From Obrimoposthia wandeli (taxonomy: Eukaryota), in NCBI GenBank assembly GCA_977020255.1, contig CDROCS010004085.1, forward strand, positions 186,001 through 250,000: a stretch of DNA of 64,000 nt, written 5' to 3'. The notes below the pieces were generated by a model, which was not told the DNA's origin, searched no databases, and saw only the letters and a program-made list of their open reading frames with translations. Shown here piece by piece: positions 19,007 through 30,453 of this stretch (its first letter is position 1; each line of letters starts with the position of its first letter). Position numbers and translations under genes: made by a program.

Positions 19007-20956
19007 TTACGCGTCAGCGGTCACTTTAAAGGTCCCCTTTTTTGCAGCATGGGCCCTCCAACTGATCAGTATTGCGGTAGAGATAACGGCACCAATTATG
19101 GCCGCGCCCAACCAGATTCCAGCTGCCATGAAGCTACCAATGCCAGCATCATGCAGAAGGAACATCGAGAAAATACCTGCCCCTGGTGTTGATAGACCAA
19201 TACCCGCAGCACCAACAATGGAACCCGTTACCATCGATCCCACAAGGAAAGAGCCAATCACTCGCACAGGATCTTCAATGGCCATTGGAATCGCACCTTC
19301 GGTGATCCCCGCAAGACCAAGTAGCCAAGTGGATTTACCCGTTTCAATTTCAAAATCTTTAAATAGACGAGGTGCTATCATCGTCGATGCTGTTACGGTG
19401 AACGCCGATACCATTTTCACCGAACCAAAAATTGCATAAGGACCGTATACGCCGTTTGCCATAGCCCCTAAACAGAAAGCATAAGCAGCTTTGTTTACTG
19501 GGCCACCCAAGTCGAATGACACGAAAATACCGATGACTGCACCAAGTAGCAGTGCATTAGACCCCGACAAGCCATTCAACCAATCTGTTAGGCCTTGGTT
19601 TAGAAGGGCAACTGGCTTACCAATCACAAACAGCATTAAGCTACCGACTACTAAGGTACCAAGTACTGGATATAGGTAGAAGGTTAGGAAACCGTTGAAG
19701 GTTGGGCTTAGGCGAATGTTTTCTTTCACCCAACGCATGAAGTAACCAGCAAGCAAGCCACCAACTACACCACCAAGGAAACCAGAGCCAATCATATTGG
19801 CAGCCAAGCCTGCGGCAAAACCGGGACCTAACGCGGGTTTATCAGCTAACGAGAACGCAGTATATGCGGCTAATACTGGCACCATTAAGGTTCCCAACAT
19901 GCCACCGCCGAGTTTGCGATACATCCATAGCCATGAATTTTCTGTGCTGTAAACGTCTTGTAGATTAAATATTTGAGCAATAAGAACGGCGACAGCCAGT
20001 ACTGTACCGCCTGCAACAATGAGCGGCACAGCGAACGAAATACCGCTAAGCAGGGCTTGTTTTAATTCGGTTTTTAGTGGCATTCGCTTTGGTTTATCAT
20101 CGATTGCGACTTTACGTTCGGCACCACTACCGTTTTTTGCTGCTGTCAGTGCATCACTCAAAATACGCTCAGCGTGGCGAATTGGCTCAGCCACAGGGGT
20201 TTCAATACGTGGAATACCGTCAAAACGTTCAATTTCTTTGATTGCAACTTCAGCTGCAAACACACACGCGTCGGCCTTGTTTAATTGTTCAGCCGTTAAG
20301 CGACCTTCAATGCCGTTAGCACCTTGTTTTTCAACATGCACATTGATACCAAGCTTCTTACCTGCTTTTTCAAGGTATTCGGCGGCCATGTAGGTGTGGG
20401 CTATTCCTGCCGGACAAGCTGTTACACAAACAATAGTTGGCTGATCATTATGTTGATTTGTATTGTTATTTGTATCTAAGTCTTGTTGTTCGTCATCATT
20501 GCTGTCTAATAAAGCCATGACTTCAGCAGTTGTTGTTGCCTGTAATACAGCATTACGAATGTCATCATCGACTAATGTTGTGGTTAATGCCGTTAACAAA
20601 TGCATATGGGTTGAACCCGCTTCCGCATTAGGAATAGCAATCAGGAAAACTAAGTTAACATCTTCATCTTCGTCTTCATCAATACCTTTCCATTTAAGGT
20701 CACGCTTCAATGTTGCAACAGCGAACCCTGCTTCTTTTACCGCATCTGTTTTACCATGCGGTACAGCCAGACCTTCACCAAGGGCTGTTGGCCCTTGTTC
20801 TTCACGTTTAAATACCGCGTCAAGATAGGCTTGCTTATCATACAACTTTCCTTGTTGATCTAGTTGATCAGCAAGCGCGTGGATGGCTTCTTCTCTACTC
20901 TCAAATTGAGTTTGTAATGAGATGAGCGCCTTATTGGTTAGGGTCGTCAGTTTCAT
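19007..20956 (-). CDS. mngA: Fructose-family PTS IIABC, mannosylglycerate-type
   Basis: IIA AVPHGK, IIB ACPAGIAHTYMAAE, IIC DLGGPVNKAAY and GITEGAIP motifs. Confidence 0.9.
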   Translation of the reverse strand: MKLTTLTNKALISLQTQFESREEAIHALADQLDQQGKLYDKQAYLDAVFKREEQGPTALGEGLAVPHGKTDAVKEAGFAVATLKRDLKWKGIDEDEDEDVNLVFLIAIPNAEAGSTHMHLLTALTTTLVDDDIRNAVLQATTTAEVMALLDSNDDEQQDLDTNNNTNQHNDQPTIVCVTACPAGIAHTYMAAEYLEKAGKKLGINVHVEKQGANGIEGRLTAEQLNKADACVFAAEVAIKEIERFDGIPRIETPVAEPIRHAERILSDALTAAKNGSGAERKVAIDDKPKRMPLKTELKQALLSGISFAVPLIVAGGTVLAVAVLIAQIFNLQDVYSTENSWLWMYRKLGGGMLGTLMVPVLAAYTAFSLADKPALGPGFAAGLAANMIGSGFLGGVVGGLLAGYFMRWVKENIRLSPTFNGFLTFYLYPVLGTLVVGSLMLFVIGKPVALLNQGLTDWLNGLSGSNALLLGAVIGIFVSFDLGGPVNKAAYAFCLGAMANGVYGPYAIFGSVKMVSAFTVTASTMIAPRLFKDFEIETGKSTWLLGLAGITEGAIPMAIEDPVRVIGSFLVGSMVTGSIVGAAGIGLSTPGAGIFSMFLLHDAGIGSFMAAGIWLGAAIIGAVISTAILISWRAHAAKKGTFKVTADA

Positions 20957-21044
20957 TGTTTCCCTCGATACCGTCGTTCACAGTGTTATTGGTTGGCTAA
21001 TTTTGTTTTAATACAAATATAATACCAATTAGCCAGATAACATC

Positions 21045-21060
21045 CGTGATCGTTCTCACA
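21045..21060. promoter_or_regulatory. CRP-type site upstream of mngA
   Basis: CGTGA-N6-TCACA, 9/10 match to TGTGA-N6-TCACA. Confidence 0.65.
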
Positions 21061-21292
21061 TGAATCGCAGAATATGTATTAAAGTTGTATTGTTGTGCGC
21101 GTGATGACGATCTTACAACTTTATTTCAAATTTCAAAAAATGTATTATGAATCTATCTGCACGAGGTGCTGACATGCTTTGGTTCAATTCTGTCAGCAAC
21201 AGCAAAATAGACTCGGTAGATTCGTTCAACACTTTTAACTGTATTAACTATATGACTGTATTTTATGCTTTGCGCAGTCAGAGGAGAACGAT

Positions 21293-22015
21293 GTGGCACG
21301 TTTGCCAATGTATCGTCAGATTGCTGATGCAATCCGAGAACAAATTCAAACCGGGCAACTCAAACCGGGTAACGCTCTACCTACGGAAGCCCAACTTCGT
21401 GAAGACTTTTCTGTTAGCCGCGTTACAGTGCGCCAAGCATTAAAGCTGCTAATAGAACAAGATGTGCTAGAAAGCGTGCAGGGTAGTGGTACGTATGTGA
21501 AAGAAAATAAAGTTAATTACGATATTTATCAGCTCACTAGTTTTTATGAAAAGCTTACTCACTTAGATGTTAAAACTCACAGCGATGTGTTGGCGTTTGA
21601 AATCATTAAGCCGAGCATCTCGATTGCTGAAATTTTGCAGATTGGCGATGAAGATCGTGTGTATTACGTTAAGCGTGTGCGTTTTATTGATGATAACCCC
21701 GTTACGCTAGAAGAAACTTGGATGCCATTATCCTTGTTCCCCGATCTTACTTATGAAGTGATGCGTAACTCGAAATATGAGTACATAGAAGGGGAGAAGA
21801 AAATGGTGATAGATCGCAGCGAGCAAGAAATCATTCCCGTGCTGCCGTCTAAGGAAGTCGTTGAAAAATTGGGGATCCCTGCGGAACAGCCAATCATCAA
21901 AAAAGTGACTAAGGGCTTTTTAAAAGACGGTACTGTGTTTGAATACAGCTGTAACTTCTTTAAGTCATCAGACTACAAATTTACCCTAGTTGCCAAGCGT
22001 GCAGCTCACGCTTAA
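21293..22015 (+). CDS. mngR: GntR/HutC-family regulator
   Basis: PMYRQIAD...LPTEAQL...VSRVTVRQA HTH plus UTRA domain. Divergent from mngA. Confidence 0.88.
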   Translation: MARLPMYRQIADAIREQIQTGQLKPGNALPTEAQLREDFSVSRVTVRQALKLLIEQDVLESVQGSGTYVKENKVNYDIYQLTSFYEKLTHLDVKTHSDVLAFEIIKPSISIAEILQIGDEDRVYYVKRVRFIDDNPVTLEETWMPLSLFPDLTYEVMRNSKYEYIEGEKKMVIDRSEQEIIPVLPSKEVVEKLGIPAEQPIIKKVTKGFLKDGTVFEYSCNFFKSSDYKFTLVAKRAAHA

Positions 22016-22094
22016 TTATCATTTCTCTATAGACAGCATTTCCATGCGTTTTGATGACTTAAAGAGGCTTACCAATGTGGTATTGGTGGTTTAT

Positions 22095-23156
22095 TTAAGT
22101 CTCCAATGCGCTGGACTTGTACTGCCACTTATCTAAGATAAACGACACCACAATCATATAAATGCTTGCCATCATGATCTGTGCGATACGCATATAAAAG
22201 TTATCGTCCATCAACTTGCTATCTGAAGCGACAGTTGAGCCGATTAAAACCAGCAATGCCGACATTACACCAGCCCAAATTGGTGCTTTGGCGGGTTCGT
22301 TGAAGATTTTGTTACCTAACACTAAACTAACCAGTGTAATAAGGCTTAGAAAGAATAAGAAATGCGGCACCATAACCAGTAGCTCGTAATATACAATAGC
22401 GACCAAACCACCGATGATATTTGTCAGCAGCAGAAACATACTGACTTTGATACTTTTCTGCCCTGCGGTCTGTAGTGATAACAGACCAATGAAGGCCATG
22501 GTGAGTATGGCACCTGTTATTTGGAAATAATAAAAATAGGCGATAATTGGAAAAGAAATGGTTAAGGCTTTTAGTGATTCGAATGCACGTTGGTCATGGG
22601 TTAATGAACTAACGAGCGGTGCTTGCTTGTCGTTAACGGGGGTAAGATCGGGTAATACGAGGTGAAGTAAGCCAAACAACAATACAGCCACCACCCCTGA
22701 TGTCGTTAACCCTACACCAACGTAAACAGCCAAACCTGGAGATATTGTACCCATGAAAGGCAGTAGCATTACCGCGATCATTAAAATTGTCGCGAAAAAA
22801 TTCCACTGTGGATCCATAAATAGGTAATAGGCTATGAACATCAGTAAGCTCAGTAGCAACAACAAGGGTAATGGGTAGTGAGTAATGCCTGCACTGACAG
22901 ATAAGCCAATGAGTACGGTTACTGTCATTGCTAAGAGTAATTGACTGATTGTATGGGAGGTTGGTTTTTGGTGATCAACTAAAAATTTAGCGAGAAAGAC
23001 AGGTGCAACAAAAGACAGCCCCCACCCAATACCTAATGCTAAAGCACAAGAGACAACAAGCCCTATAACGTAACGAAAAATACGACGTTGAGCTATGGCT
23101 TGTTCCGTGGGAGGTGTGTGTGTATCAGCGATTAGTTCATGACTATTAACGGACAT
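22095..23156 (-). CDS. DUF2955-like/FUSC-related multi-TM protein
   Basis: About 10 TM segments, coupled to the HlyD gene. Confidence 0.7.
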   Translation of the reverse strand: MSVNSHELIADTHTPPTEQAIAQRRIFRYVIGLVVSCALALGIGWGLSFVAPVFLAKFLVDHQKPTSHTISQLLLAMTVTVLIGLSVSAGITHYPLPLLLLLSLLMFIAYYLFMDPQWNFFATILMIAVMLLPFMGTISPGLAVYVGVGLTTSGVVAVLLFGLLHLVLPDLTPVNDKQAPLVSSLTHDQRAFESLKALTISFPIIAYFYYFQITGAILTMAFIGLLSLQTAGQKSIKVSMFLLLTNIIGGLVAIVYYELLVMVPHFLFFLSLITLVSLVLGNKIFNEPAKAPIWAGVMSALLVLIGSTVASDSKLMDDNFYMRIAQIMMASIYMIVVSFILDKWQYKSSALET

Positions 23157-24318
23157 AAGATAACCAGCTCATTATACGAATCCATACCCGACCAAACGTA
23201 TTCATGATCGAAGACTGTTCGGTATACACGATGATATCGGCTTGACCGCCCACTCGACGAAAGCCTCGGGCTGTTTCATCATCAAATCGAATAGTAACCG
23301 GGAATCGCTGGGTCTGCCGTAGCCAACCTGTTTGAGACGTTACGGTGGCCAGTTTACCTGCTTGTTCATTTTCTCCCCAGCTAATGCCCCAATCAATGCC
23401 TGCTACTTTTCCTGCAAAAACGCGACCAGGAGCATAATCCAAAACGATATCGACACTATCTCCAACTTTCATGTTGCCAATACTATTTTCACGAAAATAG
23501 GCATCAATCCAAACGTCTTCACCCGAAACAAAGGTGAATAATGGTTGACCTGCTTGGGCGTAAAATCCTTCATCCAAACGAAAGTTTGTTACACCGCCAA
23601 TAGCTGGTGCTCTAATGACCGTGCGGTCTAAATCAAGTTGTGCTTTTTGTAATTTTAATAAGGCTGATTTTACTTCACTATTTTCATTACCAGTAGAACC
23701 TAGTTGTTTCTTTGCTTGTTCTATACCTGCTTGTGCAGCTTCGACTTGTGCTTTCGCACTGGCAAGTGAAGCTCGTGTTTTATCGGCCTCAGATTTCGAG
23801 ACAATGCCTTTTTTTTCCATCGTTAAGATACGTTTGGCTTGTGCTCGTAAGTGGGATTGATTTGCTAATGCATCGGTTAATTTGGCTTGGGCTGAAGCAA
23901 TAGATGCCGTTTGCACGCCAACGTTTTTCCCTGCATTAACGAGCCCTTGCTCTGCTTCTTGAATCGCGAGCTCATAATCTGAAGAATCAATCTTGACCAG
24001 AATATCGCCTGGGTTAACAATCTCATTGGGCTCTACGGTGACTTCAGTTAATCGTCCTGAAACTAAAGGTGTCATGGGGATAACAAAACCACGAACACGC
24101 GCCATATCTGTAGACGGGATAATACGGTCGGCGGCAATGTAGAAAACAAATAAACCAAGACATAAAGAAAGTACAAACGTTGTTAAACGCTTTACTTTAT
24201 TAGGAGGGGATTTTTCTTTTTTTACTCGTACTTTTTTGATACGTTTGGGTTTTTCTGATTTTGAGGCGATCCTTTCCCTGGGTTCGACCTGCATGCTAGG
24301 CATGTTCTCGTCAGACAT
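23146..24318 (-). CDS. HlyD-family membrane fusion protein
   Basis: TM anchor, VSGRL...V..G..LVKID lipoyl halves, coiled coil, IRAPAIG. Start set at MSDEN. Confidence 0.9.
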   Translation of the reverse strand: MSDENMPSMQVEPRERIASKSEKPKRIKKVRVKKEKSPPNKVKRLTTFVLSLCLGLFVFYIAADRIIPSTDMARVRGFVIPMTPLVSGRLTEVTVEPNEIVNPGDILVKIDSSDYELAIQEAEQGLVNAGKNVGVQTASIASAQAKLTDALANQSHLRAQAKRILTMEKKGIVSKSEADKTRASLASAKAQVEAAQAGIEQAKKQLGSTGNENSEVKSALLKLQKAQLDLDRTVIRAPAIGGVTNFRLDEGFYAQAGQPLFTFVSGEDVWIDAYFRENSIGNMKVGDSVDIVLDYAPGRVFAGKVAGIDWGISWGENEQAGKLATVTSQTGWLRQTQRFPVTIRFDDETARGFRRVGGQADIIVYTEQSSIMNTFGRVWIRIMSWLSYVR

Positions 24319-24383
24319 TTTTAACTCCACTCCGTTAAGGGGCATCTTATGTTTTCAATAAGCATAGTGGAATAAAATAAAGA

Positions 24384-24427
24384 AAAAGCGAAGGTTGCAT
24401 ACAATAATAAGTATGACCTTCGCTTTT
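24384..24427. terminator. Intrinsic terminator downstream of the Cof-type HAD gene
   Basis: aaaagcgaaggt...accttcgctttt inverted repeat. Confidence 0.65.
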
Positions 24428-24450
24428 CTTGTTGAGTTATAAATTCATAA

Positions 24451-25260
24451 TTAAGCGTTAAGAATAAATTTCTCTATTGCGGTAGCTACACCATCATCAT
24501 TGTTACTGTCAGTAATATAATTCGCAATCGCTTTGGTATCGTCGGTTGCGTTACCCATGGCGATACCAAGCCCTGCATATTCCAGCATGTGATGGTCATT
24601 TCCAGCATCGCCCATGCAAATGACTTCACTAGCATCAATACCTAGGTGCTCAGCTAACGCTTTTACACCTGCACCTTTATTGCTGTTCTTGTTCATAAAT
24701 TCCAAGAAAAACGGTGCGCTCTGCACAATAGTGTATTGATCGTATAGTGCCGCAGGTAATTGAGCGATAGCCTTTGATAATAACTCGGGCTCATCAATCA
24801 TCATTACTTTTAAGATTTCTTCATTGTTATCTAGTTCGGCGAAATCCATTTCAGTAATATCAAGACCGTTGATGGTCGCTTCATGCTGGGTGTAGTGGTT
24901 GTTCTCTGGCGTTATTAACCCTTGACGGCGAGAAAATCCGTGTACGTGAACACCAAAATCATGGCTTAGGCTAGCGATGTTTTTTGCATCACTACCTAGT
25001 AATAGCTGGCTGCGAATAACACTTTGGCTTTCAACTCGCTGAACTAATGAACCGTTGTAGCATAAAACGTAATCGTCGTTGCTAGTCATGTTTAATTCAT
25101 TGAGCGCATCAGTCATTCCTTCAAGTGGTCGCCCAGACGCTAATACCACCACGATGCCTTTTTCGCGTGCTGCCGTGATGGTTTGTTTCGTTTTCTCTGA
25201 AATCTTTCCCTGACTATTAAGTAGGGTGCCATCCATATCTAATGCAACCAGTTTATACAT
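24451..25260 (-). CDS. Cof-type HAD-IIB sugar phosphatase (YidA-like)
   Basis: LVALDMDGTLL, LASGRP, NKGAGV, GDAGNDHHML, AMGNA. Confidence 0.9.
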   Translation of the reverse strand: MYKLVALDMDGTLLNSQGKISEKTKQTITAAREKGIVVVLASGRPLEGMTDALNELNMTSNDDYVLCYNGSLVQRVESQSVIRSQLLLGSDAKNIASLSHDFGVHVHGFSRRQGLITPENNHYTQHEATINGLDITEMDFAELDNNEEILKVMMIDEPELLSKAIAQLPAALYDQYTIVQSAPFFLEFMNKNSNKGAGVKALAEHLGIDASEVICMGDAGNDHHMLEYAGLGIAMGNATDDTKAIANYITDSNNDDGVATAIEKFILNA

Positions 25261-25653
25261 GTTGTTCATCCACTGTAAGAAAATACTAACGCGTCTATTC
25301 TAATCAATAAATGTGACAGACTCGACAAAAAATGCGTTTGTTTTTGTAACGATAGAATCGTCATTAACTTTCTTATTGGATACCTGAGACTGAAAGTGAG
25401 TTTGCACACGTTCTTTAGTTGACACGGCTGCTAGGAAGGAGCCTGGTGGATAATTGTTGATAGCTGTAATTATTACAGCCCTAAACATTTATTTGTTGGT
25501 TTATTGTGAAATGACGCATTAAAGCACTGGATATTTCTTATTTATCGCCAATAATTGATTAGATGACAGAATATGTTTGATGCAATTTGATTGTATTCAT
25601 GTAAGCTATTGAAAGGTTTGTAAGGAATCAAACCCTTAAATAAGGATATTTAT

Positions 25654-26652
25654 ATGCGTAAAATTCTTGCGACATCGCTTGTTTTAGCCTCTGTTTCGTT
25701 CACCGCTTCCGCGGAAGAGTGTGGCAAAGTGACCATTGCAGACATGAACTGGAATTCAGCAACATTAATTGCCAATATCGACCGTTTTATCTTAGATCAC
25801 GGTTATGGGTGTGATGCTGAATTGGTGCCGGGCGATACGATGCCAACAGGTGCATCGATGATCGAAAAAGGGCAGCCGGATGTTGCACCTGAGTTCTGGA
25901 GTAACTCGATGAAAGCGGCTCTCGACAAAGGCGTTGATGAAGGTCGTATTCGTTATGCGGGTTCCAGCTTATCAGAAGGTGGTGAAGAAGGTTTTTGGGT
26001 GCCGGAATATATGGTGAAAAAAGACCCAACCTTAGCCACTATCGAAGGTGTGAAAGCCAACGCGAAATTATTTGAACACCCAGAAGACCCAGATAAATCT
26101 GCTTTCATGGGATGTCCTGCTGGTTGGAACTGTCAGATCTCTGCGGGCAATTTATTCAATGCACTAGAGTTGGATAAAGCTGGTTTTGATTTGATTGATC
26201 CGGGTTCAGGTGCTGGTCTTTCGGGTTCGATTGCCAAAGCGTATGAACGTGAAGAAGCATGGTTTGGTTATTATTGGGCTCCGACATCTGTTTTGGGTAA
26301 ATACAAAATGGTGAAAGTCGATTTTGGTTCTGGCGTTGATGAAAAGCAATTCAAAGACTGTACTACCAACGAAGATTGCTTAGATCCAAAAGTGACGATG
26401 TACCCACCATCCCCTGTCGATACAGTGGTGACTGAGACCTTTGCGAAGCGTGCTCCAGCTGCGATGGAATACCTATCTACACGTGCCTTTACCAATGCGA
26501 AAATGAATGCATTATTGGCATGGATGGAAGATAACCAAGCTGATGGTGAGCTTGCCGCGGAACAATTTTTAAATGAAAACGCAGACATTTGGATGAAATG
26601 GGTAAGTCCTGAAACAGCGGACAAAGTGAAGAAAGCATTAGCTGATCTGTAA
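25654..26652 (+). CDS. proX: Glycine betaine/proline-type ABC substrate-binding protein
   Basis: Signal peptide, MNWNSA, GCPAGWNC, YYWAP. Confidence 0.85.
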   Translation: MRKILATSLVLASVSFTASAEECGKVTIADMNWNSATLIANIDRFILDHGYGCDAELVPGDTMPTGASMIEKGQPDVAPEFWSNSMKAALDKGVDEGRIRYAGSSLSEGGEEGFWVPEYMVKKDPTLATIEGVKANAKLFEHPEDPDKSAFMGCPAGWNCQISAGNLFNALELDKAGFDLIDPGSGAGLSGSIAKAYEREEAWFGYYWAPTSVLGKYKMVKVDFGSGVDEKQFKDCTTNEDCLDPKVTMYPPSPVDTVVTETFAKRAPAAMEYLSTRAFTNAKMNALLAWMEDNQADGELAAEQFLNENADIWMKWVSPETADKVKKALADL

Positions 26653-26712
26653 ACCTTTATAGAGCCCGACAATTGACTGTCGGGCTTTTGCATTTTTAGG
26701 GAAGAAATTGTT

Positions 26713-27603
26713 ATGTCAGATAAATCATGGTTAACGGAAATTCCGCAGCTTGATCGTTATCAACTGCTCGAAATTCGTAAAACTCTCGATGGTGCTTACC
26801 GCTCCTTTTCTCGTGAATACGGTGATAATATCGAAGCCTTCTTCGACCCTCTGTTATCGTTTCTTATCTGGTTTGAAAAATTATTATTAGGCACGCCATG
26901 GTGGATTGTCATTGGCGTGTTGGCTGGCTTTGCGTTTATGGCAAGCCGTTCTTGGAAATTAACCGTTGGGGTTGTTGTCGCCTTTTCACTCATTGGTGTG
27001 TTTGGGATGTGGGATAACACCATGCGTACCATGAGTATTATTTTAGTCTCAACCATGGTCGCCATCGGGGTGGGAATACCGATTGGTATTGCGATGGCGC
27101 GATCCAATAGGGTGCAATCTATTGTTACGCCAATGCTCGATATTATGCAAACCATGCCAGCATTTGTGTATTTGATTCCAGTCGTCATGCTACTGGGTAT
27201 CGGTAAAATCCCAGGTGTGATTGCCGTAGTCATCTATGCAGTACCGCCCGTTATTCGTCTGACTAACCTTGGTATTCGTTTAGTGGATGAAGAAGTGCTT
27301 GAAGCTGCCACAGCTTACGGAGCAAGCCCAATGCAGCGCTTATTTGGCGTGCAGATCCCGCTTGCCATGCCGAATATCATGGCGGGTATCAACCAAACTA
27401 TCATGATGGCACTCGCCATGGTTGTTATTGCTTCAATGATCGGTGTTAAAGGGTTAGGACAACCTGTACTTAAATCTATTACTAACCAATACTTTACTTT
27501 AGGCTTGCTTAACGGTTTAGCGATTGTGGCATTAGCCATCATTTTTGACCGTATTTCTCAGAGCTATGCAAAGCGTACCCAACAGCATTTAGGAGGTCGC
27601 TAA
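26713..27603 (+). CDS. proW: ProW/OpuAB-type ABC permease
   Basis: LDIMQTMPAFVYLIP, EAA loop, GINQTIMMAL. Confidence 0.9.
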   Translation: MSDKSWLTEIPQLDRYQLLEIRKTLDGAYRSFSREYGDNIEAFFDPLLSFLIWFEKLLLGTPWWIVIGVLAGFAFMASRSWKLTVGVVVAFSLIGVFGMWDNTMRTMSIILVSTMVAIGVGIPIGIAMARSNRVQSIVTPMLDIMQTMPAFVYLIPVVMLLGIGKIPGVIAVVIYAVPPVIRLTNLGIRLVDEEVLEAATAYGASPMQRLFGVQIPLAMPNIMAGINQTIMMALAMVVIASMIGVKGLGQPVLKSITNQYFTLGLLNGLAIVALAIIFDRISQSYAKRTQQHLGGR

Positions 27604-27604
27604 C

Positions 27605-28888
27605 ATGACGGATAAATCACAAATAAAGCCGCTTATTCGGGTCAAAAATCTGTACAAAGTATTTGGACCCAATGCGAAAGCCGTGCTGAAACAAGTGAAA
27701 GCCGGGAAATCGAAAGATGATATTTTGGCTGAAACGGGTCACACCGTTGGGCTTTGTGATATTAATTTGGATATAAATCCGGGTGAGATCTTTGTCGTCA
27801 TGGGCTTGTCGGGGTCGGGTAAGTCGACGCTTATTCGTCACTTTAACCGCTTGATTGATCCTACCGAAGGTGTGATTGAAATTGCGGGTACTGATGTGAT
27901 GAGCCTGAATGAAAAAGGGCTACAAGACTTTCGCCGTAATAAAATGTCGATGGTATTCCAGCGTTTTGGATTGATGCCGCATCGTACTGTGTTGCAAAAC
28001 ATCGGTTATGGTTTGCAAATTCAAGGCTTGAGTAAAAATGATTGGGAAGCTCGCGCCCATGAATGGCTTGAAACCGTTGGTTTAGCAGGGTATGCAAATC
28101 AGTATCCATCCCAGTTATCTGGTGGGCAGCAACAACGTGTGGGGTTAGCCCGCGCTTTATGTACCGATGCCGATATTTTGCTCATGGATGAAGCCTTTTC
28201 GGCGCTTGATCCATTAATTCGTAGTGAGATGCAAGATCAGCTTATTGAGCTACAAGAAAAGCTGCATAAAACGATCGTATTTATTACTCATGATTTAGAT
28301 GAAGCACTGCGCTTGGGCGATAAAATTGCCATTTTACGTGATGGTGTGTTGGTCCAACAAGGTGAGCCTGTCGATATATTGTTGAACCCAGCTGATGATT
28401 ACGTAGAAGCATTTGTTAAAGACGTTAACCGTGCACGTGCCTTGACGGTAGAAACGGTAATGAAGCCACAAGTCGTGAGGATTTCGGCTGAAACAATTGG
28501 TGAAGCCGTCGCGGAAATGCGTAAAATTAAAGATGATTATGGTTACTTCATTAACGATGAGGGCTATCAAGGGGTTATCACACAAGAAACGCTTGAAAAT
28601 GTTGAGAAAGCTGATTATGGCAATGCGATTGATGAATCTATGTTAGAAGACGTACCTTCAGTACAAACAGATGCATTGTTGGAAGCTGTGATTCCTGAAA
28701 CATTAGAGAGTGATCACCCGTTACCTGTGTTAAATGCCGAGGGTGAAGTGGAAGGGTTATTGTCCCGTTCAACTTTAGCTGAAGTCCTGAGTGATCAAAG
28801 CTCAACATCTGGTGAAGAGACTAATAGCGATACAAAAAAGTCCTATAGTAATAAAGGTGGCACATCGGGTAATAACAAAGCAGCATAA
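27605..28888 (+). CDS. proV: ProV/OpuAA-type ABC ATPase with CBS pair
   Basis: GLSGSGKST, LSGGQQQRV, LMDEAFSALDP, C-terminal CBS-like region. Confidence 0.92.
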   Translation: MTDKSQIKPLIRVKNLYKVFGPNAKAVLKQVKAGKSKDDILAETGHTVGLCDINLDINPGEIFVVMGLSGSGKSTLIRHFNRLIDPTEGVIEIAGTDVMSLNEKGLQDFRRNKMSMVFQRFGLMPHRTVLQNIGYGLQIQGLSKNDWEARAHEWLETVGLAGYANQYPSQLSGGQQQRVGLARALCTDADILLMDEAFSALDPLIRSEMQDQLIELQEKLHKTIVFITHDLDEALRLGDKIAILRDGVLVQQGEPVDILLNPADDYVEAFVKDVNRARALTVETVMKPQVVRISAETIGEAVAEMRKIKDDYGYFINDEGYQGVITQETLENVEKADYGNAIDESMLEDVPSVQTDALLEAVIPETLESDHPLPVLNAEGEVEGLLSRSTLAEVLSDQSSTSGEETNSDTKKSYSNKGGTSGNNKAA

Positions 28889-28918
28889 ATTAATCTCTTA
28901 ATTTATAAAGCACACTAC

Positions 28919-28956
28919 AACGCCTCTGTTAGTTACTCTGACAGAGGCGTTTTTTA
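28919..28956. terminator. Terminator between proV and enolase
   Basis: aacgcctctgt...acagaggcgtt followed by a T run. Confidence 0.75.
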
Positions 28957-29019
28957 TTCTTAATTATCTATATAGATTGCAGTCTAGAAGAATGATTACC
29001 AGTGGTTTACTTGTAAAAA

Positions 29020-30366
<1,347 letters not shown>

Positions 30367-30453
30367 TCAGATACTGAAAATATATATTGAAGCATGGTTT
30401 TTTCATATGTCAGTAAGGTTATTGGCTATTCTTAACGGATTATATATGATTTG

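Noticed and set aside
19098-20828. Plus-strand ORFs within mngA, and similar 60-150 aa ORFs overlapping other genes
   Set aside because: Antisense or alternate-frame shadows of well-supported genes, with no RBS or motifs.
25300-25488. 62-aa ORF or riboswitch upstream of the Cof-type HAD gene
   Set aside because: No recognisable aptamer consensus or protein motif.
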